A DNA stretch of 32,000 bases from NCBI GenBank assembly GCA_007693745.1, contig REDA01000045.1, forward strand, positions 85,086-117,085, given 5' to 3'. The position numbers and the translations under genes are program-made. The first letter of the stretch is position 1; each line of letters begins with the position of its first letter. Source of the DNA: Balneolaceae bacterium. GTDB taxonomy: Bacteria; Bacteroidota; Rhodothermia; Balneolales; Balneolaceae. Below, piece by piece: positions 1-7,715 of the stretch. Below the pieces are notes generated by a model. That model made no database searches, was not told where the DNA came from, and worked only from the letters and a program-made list of their open reading frames with translations.

Positions 1-2
1 TT

Positions 3-365
3 GTTCAACCCCCTGGCGGGCATGCAATCTACATCGATGCCAAAAAGATGCTTCCGCACATTCCGCCGCTGCACTATCCGGCCTGGAGCCTGACGAATGC
101 ACTCTACCTGACTGGCGGTGTGAGAGCGGTTGAAATCGGGAGTGTAATGTTTGGCCTGCAACCCGATGGCAGTGAAAAAGCGGCATCGATGGAGCTGGTT
201 CGACTGGCGATACCGCGAAGAGTCTATACCCAGAGCCATGTCGATTATCTTGCCGAAGCGGTGATTCATACCTACAGGCAGCGGGAAAAGCTGAAAGGAT
301 ACCGAATGGTTTCGGCTCCTGCTGTACTGCGCCATTTCTCCGCGAAACTGGAGCCGATAACATAA
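3..365 (+). CDS. tnaA: Tryptophanase / tyrosine phenol-lyase family (beta-eliminating lyase), C-terminal fragment; the 5' end lies outside the window
   Basis: Frame 3 is open from the window edge. The translation VQPPGGHAIYIDAKKMLPHIP...VRAVEIGS...LVRLAIPRRVYTQSHVDY...VLRHFSAKLEP matches the remembered E. coli TnaA C-terminus (GGHAV..DA..LLPHIP, IRAVEIGS, LLRLTIPRATYTQTHMD, VLRHFTA.L). TnaA versus TPL cannot be separated from this fragment. Confidence 0.85.
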   Translation, partial: VQPPGGHAIYIDAKKMLPHIPPLHYPAWSLTNALYLTGGVRAVEIGSVMFGLQPDGSEKAASMELVRLAIPRRVYTQSHVDYLAEAVIHTYRQREKLKGYRMVSAPAVLRHFSAKLEPIT

Positions 366-501
366 TCTCCCGGGCAGAAGTGGAAACGCTGCTCTGTGAC
401 GCAATTTTACCTGTTACTTTTCATTATCGGGAATAAAGACTATTTTATCATTAAAGTTCTGCAATATTGTTCTGCAGCCATCCTGAAACTGAATTTTTAT
501 T

Positions 502-2298
502 ATGACTCAGCAAATACACCAGTTCCACATTCCGGTCATGGGAACCGGTCACTCCATAGACAGTCCGATCCGGATCGCACACCTGGGAATCGACTCGGTG
601 GTCTCGGTGGTGGATGATCTCCTTTGCGAAAAAATCCGGGAATACTACAGCTCTCTCTATGAGATACCGTTTGAACCGGTTACTTCGGTTGCAGAAGATG
701 GCAGAGCCAGGCGAATCACAGCCTATCTGGATCTGATGGCTGAAATCGTCTCCGAAAAATTTACCCGTATGAAGGAGCTGCCACTATTCGAAAACAGTGA
801 AAAAGACCGTTATTTTCAACTTTTACCGGACAGCAGTGAACTTAAGAAAGGGTATGTTCAGCTTAAGGCTTCCTTCAATTCAGGGCAGGTGAAAAGCCAG
901 ATCGATTTACTTACATCCATGATGAGAGCAGGATCTATCGATGTAAACATCATGGCGAAGGTAGATGCACTGCGCAATGACCGGCAGGGAAAGCCGCTCA
1001 GCGCTGCTTACAGCGATGCCAGTGCCGCACTCAGAGGCTACGCAAAGAGCACATTATCCTCATCGCTGGTTCTCTCAGCAGGATTCAATCCCAGGCTTTA
1101 CGGATACCTTGAGGAGTTCAGGGATTTTTACCGCGATCAGTACGGTGTGGTGAAAAAGAAAATAATTCTGAAGGTGAGTGATTTTCGGTCGGCCATGATT
1201 CAGGGCAAATTTCTTGCGAAAAAGGGACTGGAAATTGCTGAATTCAGAATTGAGTCGGGACTGAACTGCGGCGGTCACGCTTTCGTCTCAGACGGTCATC
1301 TGATGCCGGTGCTGCTGAAGGAATTCAAAGAGAAGAAGGAGCAGCTGGCGGCAGCTTTTCAGCCGCTTATTCGCAGCTATTATGAATCGAAGGGCTGGGT
1401 ATATCCCGTGGCCGACGATTCGGAAGTTACACCGGCCATTACTGTACAGGGTGGAATTGGAAATCACGGAGAGGTTTTACGCCTCACCAAAGAGTACGAA
1501 ATGGATGCGACGGGATGGGGAAGCCCGTTTCTGCTGGTACCAGAAGCGGTATGTGTGGATGATGAGACCACGGAACTGCTGGAAAAAGCGGGAGAGAAGG
1601 ATCTCTATTTGAGTAATGTTTCTCCGCTGGGTGTTCCGTTTAATAACGTGCGTGGTTCAGGTGCCGAGGTGTACACCAAAAAAATGATTGAACAGGGATA
1701 TCCGGGATCAAAATGTCCGAAAAAGTTTCTGGTAACCAATACGGAGTTTACGGAGCATCCGATCTGTACAGCCTCCTCTCAGTATCAGCTTTTAAAAATC
1801 AGCCAGATCAATGAAAGCGGTCAGACCGGAGAGAAAAAAAGTGAGGAGATCGGGAAAGTGCTTGAAAAAAGCTGTTTGTGTACCAATCTGGGTGCAGGAG
1901 CACTGATCAAACTCGGCATTATGAACCCTTCCTACGGGCGTCAGGAAGTGTGTCCTGGACCGAATATCGCCTGGTTTAACCGAACATACACACTTGAGGA
2001 GATGGTGGATCACATTTATGGAAGGGGGGAATCGCTCGTACCGAAAGAGCGGCCGCACATGTTTGCGAAGGAGTGCATGATGTATGTGGATTACCTGGAA
2101 GAAATGATGGGACAGCTCGATTCGGACGCTCCCGAAATGAAAAAACTGCTCAGAATGAAAAAAAATCTTGATCAGGGCATGGATCTCTGTCTTGAAATAG
2201 CGGATGGTGAGGCCTATCCGGGAGAGAATCTGGATTCGCTGAGGGAGCTGACGCTGCAGCAAAAGGAGAGACTGGAAACTCTGTTCAGCAATTTGTGA
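502..2298 (+). CDS. Uncharacterised 598-aa protein. The N-terminal two thirds look like an FMN-dependent NMO/FabK/PfaD-type TIM barrel; the C-terminal ~200 aa are Cys-containing and unassigned
   Basis: Long clean ORF. Motif order IPVMGTGHS ... LSAGFNP ... ESGLNCGGHAF ... TVQGGIGNHGEV...MDATGWGSPFLLVPEA resembles the nitronate-monooxygenase/enoyl-reductase II pattern (P(I/V)..(A/G)M, EAGGH/ADSGGH, AAGGI...GA.G...GT.FL...E). The C-terminal Cys residues (KCPKK, PICTAS, SCLCTN, VCPGPN) fit no motif I recognise. Confidence 0.45.
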   Translation: MTQQIHQFHIPVMGTGHSIDSPIRIAHLGIDSVVSVVDDLLCEKIREYYSSLYEIPFEPVTSVAEDGRARRITAYLDLMAEIVSEKFTRMKELPLFENSEKDRYFQLLPDSSELKKGYVQLKASFNSGQVKSQIDLLTSMMRAGSIDVNIMAKVDALRNDRQGKPLSAAYSDASAALRGYAKSTLSSSLVLSAGFNPRLYGYLEEFRDFYRDQYGVVKKKIILKVSDFRSAMIQGKFLAKKGLEIAEFRIESGLNCGGHAFVSDGHLMPVLLKEFKEKKEQLAAAFQPLIRSYYESKGWVYPVADDSEVTPAITVQGGIGNHGEVLRLTKEYEMDATGWGSPFLLVPEAVCVDDETTELLEKAGEKDLYLSNVSPLGVPFNNVRGSGAEVYTKKMIEQGYPGSKCPKKFLVTNTEFTEHPICTASSQYQLLKISQINESGQTGEKKSEEIGKVLEKSCLCTNLGAGALIKLGIMNPSYGRQEVCPGPNIAWFNRTYTLEEMVDHIYGRGESLVPKERPHMFAKECMMYVDYLEEMMGQLDSDAPEMKKLLRMKKNLDQGMDLCLEIADGEAYPGENLDSLRELTLQQKERLETLFSNL

Positions 2299-2303
2299 TA
2301 TTT

Positions 2304-2759
2304 TTAATCCCCTGCGAAAAGCACAGGGTTCATGCGGAAATATTCCACCAGAGCCCTGGCATCCTCAACCTTGAGTTGCTGATAGGGCATTGAAGTGAAA
2401 TACCCCTGCTGGTTTTGAGTTCTTGAGGGGTGTCTTCTGCTCATTCCGACCGGATTGAGAATCATATTCATGGTATATTCTGCACTCCGCCTGCCCAGCA
2501 GATGATCCAGTTCCGGTGCAATGCGGCTCATTCCCGGGCCGTGACACATCATGCAGTAAGTACTAAAAAGCTGAGCACCTCTCTCTGCAAGCAGGGGGTC
2601 TGGTTCACCAAGCTGTACCGTTTCAGTTACAGGACCCACTCCATGTTCCTGTTCAAAAGGGGTTAGTTCCCTGCGCTGAGACTCAGAACTGCAGGATGCG
2701 AGTAGCAGGCTCAGCAGTAAAAAGAGAAAAAGTGAATAAACGTGATTCTGTACGTTCAT
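2304..2759 (-). CDS. Class I c-type cytochrome, lipoprotein
   Basis: Signal peptide with lipobox (LLLASC), a single heme-binding CXXCH (CMMCH) and a downstream Met-rich segment (NMILNPVGM) as candidate axial ligand. 151 aa. Confidence 0.8.
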   Translation of the reverse strand: MNVQNHVYSLFLFLLLSLLLASCSSESQRRELTPFEQEHGVGPVTETVQLGEPDPLLAERGAQLFSTYCMMCHGPGMSRIAPELDHLLGRRSAEYTMNMILNPVGMSRRHPSRTQNQQGYFTSMPYQQLKVEDARALVEYFRMNPVLFAGD

Positions 2760-3025
2760 TGTATAGTTTTACCTGTTCATCTGTTGTTTTTGTTTTTATT
2801 TGGTTTCAGGTACGTGAACTTATATCCTTAGCCAATCAGAGTGTTTTTTAGTGAATTCACGGTCTCAAGCCGATTGCAAATCAGGATTTGGCTGCAACCG
2901 GAAAGACTACTTTAGAGAATGTATTGAACAAGAGTTAAGAGATTATGAGGAAATGAATATCGTTGTATATTTATTACTGATTCTGATCTGTTCGCAGCGA
3001 GCTATTTTAAATTTTGGAAATTACT

Positions 3026-3439
3026 ATGCCTGAGTCAGTACAACAGCAAATAAGTTCTGTAACCATAGTCGTGGAAAATTATGACGATGCCATCGATTTT
3101 TATACGAAAAAGCTACAGTTCACTCTGGCAGAGGATACCGATTTAGGTGGTGGGAAACGTTGGGTGCGGGTGTCTCCGCCAAATTCAGTTGGCACTACAC
3201 TTTTACTTGCACAGGCCAGTTCTGATGAACAGAGAGCAATTATAGGTCAACAGACCGGTGGACGTGTATTCTTGTTTCTGCAAACCAATGATTTCTGGCG
3301 CGACTATGAGCTTTTTAAATCAAATGGTGTGGTGTTCAACGAAGAACCCCGGGTAGAGGAATATGGTACGGTTGTAGTTTTTCAGGATCTTTATGGCAAC
3401 AAGTGGGATTTACTACAACTAAATCGGGCACGGAATTAG
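3026..3439 (+). CDS. VOC (glyoxalase/bleomycin-resistance/dioxygenase fold) family protein
   Basis: Pattern VTIVVENYDDAIDFYTKKLQF...(W)VRVSPP...LLLAQA...FLFLQTNDF...GVVF.EEP....YGTVVVFQDLYGNKWDLLQ is typical of VOC-family proteins. ATG at 3026 is preferred over the TTG at 3014 given by the ORF track. Confidence 0.8.
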   Translation: MPESVQQQISSVTIVVENYDDAIDFYTKKLQFTLAEDTDLGGGKRWVRVSPPNSVGTTLLLAQASSDEQRAIIGQQTGGRVFLFLQTNDFWRDYELFKSNGVVFNEEPRVEEYGTVVVFQDLYGNKWDLLQLNRARN

Positions 3440-3642
3440 CACGTATACTACATATCGGCTTAACCGGACAAGTTTTGTCTGGTTCTATGGAACAATGGTC
3501 AAATCAGCTCAAGGAGTCAAATCAGAAAATTATTAGTTATTAACATGGGGGGCTTTAAAAACCAGGGATTTTGTACAAGGAAGATGTTGGCAAAAGAACA
3601 GTTTTTTTAAATTCCCCTGTCAATTATCAATGTGAGGGATGA

Positions 3643-5841
3643 ATGAAAAAACGATATTGCAAAATTTGTCTTTTATTGCTGATTCTGTTTTTGTTTGGTT
3701 ATGCTGAGAGTGGAATCGGGCAGAATAATCAGCAGGTTCCGGATGTTGAAGAACCCCTGCGTGTAGGATTGGTCTTGTCGGGCGGAGGCGCCAAAGGTAT
3801 TGCACATATCGGGGTACTGGAGGCGATTGAACGGGCCGGCCTGAGGATTGATTACATCACCGGAACCAGTATGGGGAGCCTGGTTGGCGGTCTGTATGCA
3901 ATTGGATACAGTACGGAACAGCTTGCTGAAATTGTTCTTGCAGATGATTTTACGGATCTGTTTCGCGACCGAAGAGACCGCCGTTTTATTACCAATTATG
4001 AGAAAGTAATTGATGAGCGAACCGTAGTCACCTTTCCTCTCAGTCGTGGCAGAATAGCGCTGCCTCAGGGGGTAATTACCGGACAGAGTATCTATACGCT
4101 TCTATCGCGGCTTTCCTGGCCTGTTGCGGGGATTCATCAATTTGATGATTTTAAAATACCTTTTGCGGCAATCGGTACCGATCTCGAAACCGGTGAGGCT
4201 AAAGTGTTTCGATCCGGATACCTTCCCGATGCCCTCAGGGCGAGCATGTCCATTCCTTCTGTCTTTACTCCTGTGGAGATCGATGGTGATATCTATGTAG
4301 ATGGCGGGATGATCCGAAATCTTCCGGTTGAGGATGCTTATGCGATGGGAGCCAATTTCACGATTGCTGTGGATGTTGGTTCCAGGCTGGAGTCCAGGGA
4401 GCACCTCGGTTCGCTCACCTCAGTCATGAATCAGGCTCTTCATTTTCGGATCATTGACAACACAAATTATCAGGCCACACTGGCGAACGAGTATTTCTAC
4501 GTGGAAGGACTTGGTGAGTTCTCGTCCGGAGATTTTGATAAAGCTGCTGAAATCCTGGAACTTGGAAGGCGAACCGGCGAATCACAGATGGAGCTGTTTC
4601 GAAAACTTGCGGCCAGGCAGGGAAATCCTTCTTCAGAGCAGAGAGAGTATATCACTCCGCAACCCCTGCCATTCAGCCAGATTGTTATTGAGGGGAATAC
4701 CCTCCTGGAAGATCAGCAGATCCGAAACCTGCTTGGGTTTACACCCGGCAGCCTTATTCATCCGGATCTGATTGAAGAAAGAATCGGACAGCTATACAGT
4801 TCTCAGTACATCCGGAATATTTTTTATCGGATAGAAAAGGACAGGGAGGAATACATTTTGCGAATCAGGGTCCTTGAAAACCTTCAGGATAGCTTCGGTG
4901 TCGGAATCCGCTATGAAAATGACACACAGGCATCACTGCTTCTTACCGCGGGTTTACAAAATTTATTCCGAACGGGGTCTGTAACCCGCCTGGAGGCAAG
5001 ACTGGGTCAGAAACTCCAATTCAGGGCAGAACAGAGTCTTTTCAGTGCATTTGGATCAAGATTTGCTGTTCTCTCCTCAATCACCTTTCTGAATGAAGAG
5101 GTGGAATGGTTCGACGGGTCGGAAAGAGTTTCACGGCACGATGTGGAGACACTGAGAGGTGAGCTTTCCTGGGGGAACTATTTCAGTTCACATAACCTGT
5201 TTTCAGCTGGCATCAGAAGAGAGCATCTTAATCACAACAGTAAAATCAACCCTGAGCTGATCCGCTCTTCCGACAGAGATCATCACGCGCTTTTTCTCCG
5301 GTTTTTCAGGGATAATCTCGACCGGGTCTCATTCACAACCCGCGGAAACCGGATTGTTTTTGAAGGATACTACAGTGATCCCGCGTTTCTGAGTCCGATT
5401 CAGTTCAGTTCGTTCTCTTTTTATTATCAGGATAATTATGCCCCGCTTCCATATCTGACGTTAAGATATTCACTGTGGACAAGTTACTCGACCGGAAAGG
5501 AACTTCCATGGAGTTACTGGAAGTCTGCAAACCGTTATGAACCTATGTATGGATATATCCGATTTGGCAGTGCTGAGAGATACGAGCTCTCATCCCGAAA
5601 TCTTCAGTTTGTTTCGGCCGGGATACAGGTTGAGCCGATCAGCCGGTGGTTTTTTGGAATAGATGGTTACGGAGGCCGTTTTACAGAGAATTATAATCTT
5701 AATGTGCTGAGTGAAACGCCCGATTACGGTATCTCGATGAGTATAGGCACTTTGTCATTAATTGGTCCCGTTAAACTGATACTTTCGAGTGGTTCGAGAG
5801 ATCAGTTGCATGCTGAATTCCAGGTGGGTTTTCACTTCTGA
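3643..5841 (+). CDS. Patatin-like phospholipase fused to POTRA and an Omp85/BamA-type beta-barrel (PlpD-like, type Vd autotransporter architecture)
   Basis: N-terminal signal peptide. Patatin motifs: GLVLSGGGAKG (oxyanion G-rich loop), GTSMG (GXSXG nucleophile), DGG (catalytic Asp). POTRA-like segment: IVIEGNT...IRNLLGF.PG....L.E.I..LY. A ~330-aa beta-strand-rich C-terminus ends in an aromatic residue (FQVGFHF). Confidence 0.85.
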   Translation: MKKRYCKICLLLLILFLFGYAESGIGQNNQQVPDVEEPLRVGLVLSGGGAKGIAHIGVLEAIERAGLRIDYITGTSMGSLVGGLYAIGYSTEQLAEIVLADDFTDLFRDRRDRRFITNYEKVIDERTVVTFPLSRGRIALPQGVITGQSIYTLLSRLSWPVAGIHQFDDFKIPFAAIGTDLETGEAKVFRSGYLPDALRASMSIPSVFTPVEIDGDIYVDGGMIRNLPVEDAYAMGANFTIAVDVGSRLESREHLGSLTSVMNQALHFRIIDNTNYQATLANEYFYVEGLGEFSSGDFDKAAEILELGRRTGESQMELFRKLAARQGNPSSEQREYITPQPLPFSQIVIEGNTLLEDQQIRNLLGFTPGSLIHPDLIEERIGQLYSSQYIRNIFYRIEKDREEYILRIRVLENLQDSFGVGIRYENDTQASLLLTAGLQNLFRTGSVTRLEARLGQKLQFRAEQSLFSAFGSRFAVLSSITFLNEEVEWFDGSERVSRHDVETLRGELSWGNYFSSHNLFSAGIRREHLNHNSKINPELIRSSDRDHHALFLRFFRDNLDRVSFTTRGNRIVFEGYYSDPAFLSPIQFSSFSFYYQDNYAPLPYLTLRYSLWTSYSTGKELPWSYWKSANRYEPMYGYIRFGSAERYELSSRNLQFVSAGIQVEPISRWFFGIDGYGGRFTENYNLNVLSETPDYGISMSIGTLSLIGPVKLILSSGSRDQLHAEFQVGFHF

Positions 5842-5908
5842 GAGATGTACCTTTCCCTTAATGAACCGGTAATTAGTAGAAAACACCCTGCAAAAAAGAA
5901 CTTCATAT

Positions 5909-6646
5909 TTGTTAATTATCCTGGCAACAGGATTGATTTCCTGTTCCAGGGAGAGTGAAAGCCATGTGGGTGAGCTCACTTTTTTAGCATCCTATGCACT
6001 TTCCGTTGAGGATCCCTCAGGACTCACCATGGATATGTCCGGTCAGTTTCTTTGGACCGTCAGTGATATGCAGGGAGGCAGTGTGTACAGCATCAGTTTT
6101 CGGGGAGAGATACTGGGTGCACTCTCCTATCGGGGTGATGATATGGAGGGAATTACCATGAACCCGACTGACGGAACCCTGTGGGTTTTGGAGGAGAGGC
6201 TGCGGCAGGCCGTACAGCTCGATATCACGGGGCAGGTTCTTCAGCGCGTTCAGATCCCTGTGAATGCGCCAAATGAAAATGATGGCCCTGAGGGTATCGC
6301 CATCAACCCTGAAAATGGCCATCTCTACATTCTGAATGAAAAATTACCCCGGGAATTTATTGAGCTGGACAGGAATCAGAGAGTTGTACGAAGAGCAGCT
6401 GTTCAGTTCGGGCGCCCGTTTCATTTGGATGATCTTTCCGGCCTGTTTTATGATCAGGTGAATCAGGAGTTCTGGATGGTAAGTGATGAATCAGCAAAAA
6501 TCGTAGTCACCAACATGAATCTGGAACCTCAAACCGTTTATAATCTCGATCGCACAAAATTTGAAGGGATTGCTGTGGATCCGGAACGCCGCAGAATCTA
6601 TCTGGTGAATGATGAAGAAGACCGGCTCTATATTTACGAATACTGA
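5909..6646 (+). CDS. SdiA-regulated/YjiK-like beta-propeller domain lipoprotein
   Basis: Repeated blades with (P/L)SG(L), LW(T/V)(V)SD, EG(I)(T/A)..P motifs (DPSGLT, LWTVSD, EGITMNP, LWVLEE, EGIAINP..HLYILNE, LSGLFYD, FWMVSDES, EGIAVDP..RIYLVND). Lipobox LISC. The start is uncertain: TTG 5909 gives a signal peptide with no charged n-region, whereas an in-frame CTG at 5888 would add QKRTSY. Confidence 0.7.
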   Translation: MLIILATGLISCSRESESHVGELTFLASYALSVEDPSGLTMDMSGQFLWTVSDMQGGSVYSISFRGEILGALSYRGDDMEGITMNPTDGTLWVLEERLRQAVQLDITGQVLQRVQIPVNAPNENDGPEGIAINPENGHLYILNEKLPREFIELDRNQRVVRRAAVQFGRPFHLDDLSGLFYDQVNQEFWMVSDESAKIVVTNMNLEPQTVYNLDRTKFEGIAVDPERRRIYLVNDEEDRLYIYEY

Positions 6647-6652
6647 ATTGTT

Positions 6653-7477
6653 TCAGGGGTATTCGCAGCTGTTCATTTCATGTTCTACATAGTAACTCTT
6701 GTAGTTAACTGCATCTGGATCCATACATCCCTTCAGGTTCAGCAGCCTCACCGACCGAAATGTTGTTGGATGGCTTTCTGCCTGAAGTGCAATATAGCCC
6801 CCTGAGAGTGGAGTACCATCAGCGAGCTGTGTGGCGCTGTACTCCATTACCGTTTCACCGTTTAATTTGTGAATCAGCAGTGAGTCGCCCAGGGCAACGA
6901 GTTCAGCAGTGACCCACTCATAACCCGGATGGGTGGGTCCGCCGGAGGAGATGCAGTGCTCTGTTCTCAGTACCCCATCCACAACCACTTGTGTGCCGGG
7001 TGTGCAGATACTCCCGTTGGGCCGCTCTCCGGTTCCGTCCGAACCCAGCAGCTGAAACTCAATGGAAACCGGAAAATCCTGATCCAGATCCATACTCCCG
7101 GCTGATTGGGAATGAAACATAATTCCGTTATTCATGAAAGCCCAGCCGGGCCCGCCTTCGGTTTGCTCTCCGTAAAAACGGTATTCCACCTTTAACCTGT
7201 AGTGGGAATAGGGTGTGTTGAAGAAAATGTGACCAAATTCACCGTTGAACCGATCGTACTCATTGTAGCGAACTTTTAGCAGCCCGTCTTCAACCCGAAA
7301 TGTATTATAAACGTTTTCATTCAGTTCATAACCTGCAATTTTTATATCCCACCCTTCAAAGTTTTCACCGTTAAAAAGGTCAATCCACTCCTCCTGATCG
7401 GGATCGTTTGCTGTGGCACAGGAAGCGATGATTGTAATCAAAAAGAGCACGGAAAGTGGTAAAATAGTTGAGTTCAT
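6653..7477 (-). CDS. DUF1080 (3-keto-disaccharide hydrolase-like, concanavalin/LamG fold) lipoprotein
   Basis: Lipoprotein signal (IIASC). Then W..LFNG.N.EGW, F.VEDG.L, GHIF....YS.Y.L..E(Y)R and IE(F)Q(L)L, the characteristic DUF1080 order. Confidence 0.75.
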   Translation of the reverse strand: MNSTILPLSVLFLITIIASCATANDPDQEEWIDLFNGENFEGWDIKIAGYELNENVYNTFRVEDGLLKVRYNEYDRFNGEFGHIFFNTPYSHYRLKVEYRFYGEQTEGGPGWAFMNNGIMFHSQSAGSMDLDQDFPVSIEFQLLGSDGTGERPNGSICTPGTQVVVDGVLRTEHCISSGGPTHPGYEWVTAELVALGDSLLIHKLNGETVMEYSATQLADGTPLSGGYIALQAESHPTTFRSVRLLNLKGCMDPDAVNYKSYYVEHEMNSCEYP

Positions 7478-7715
7478 GAGGGCGGATTAAGTCAGTTGAT
7501 AATTGAAATGTACAGTGCGAAGAGATGAATTGCCACTTTCAGGATATGGCAGAGGGTGATATTGGGCCGGAAAGAAGTCCCTTTTACAATTTTTTAATGG
7601 ATGAGAACTCATTAATTTGCATTAAGAAATTATCAAAGAATGCATTATACTTTTTCTGGCTGTAATAAGGGAGTGGATTCATTGAGATCAGATAATCATA
7701 GTTTTCAGGATAAAG

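Noticed and set aside
353-360. An exact sigma-28 -10 octamer, GCCGATAA.
   Set aside because: It lies inside the tnaA coding sequence and has no TAAA-type -35 at the required ~15-nt spacing.
396-617. Small intergenic or overlapping ORFs of 60-105 aa, for example 396..617, 2851..3033, 10427..10618 and 3620..3805.
   Set aside because: They have no motifs, overlap better-supported genes or promoter regions, and have compositions typical of random or AT-rich sequence.
3190-3210. TGGCACtacacTTTTA, resembling a sigma-54 -24 element.
   Set aside because: The -12 element lacks the essential GC (TTTTA), and the site is internal to the VOC-family CDS.
3462-3484. Hairpin AACCGGACAA-gtt-TTGTCTGGTT after the VOC gene.
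   Set aside because: A 10-bp stem with one G:U pair is plausible, but no U-tract follows, so a terminator call is not justified. It is left unannotated.
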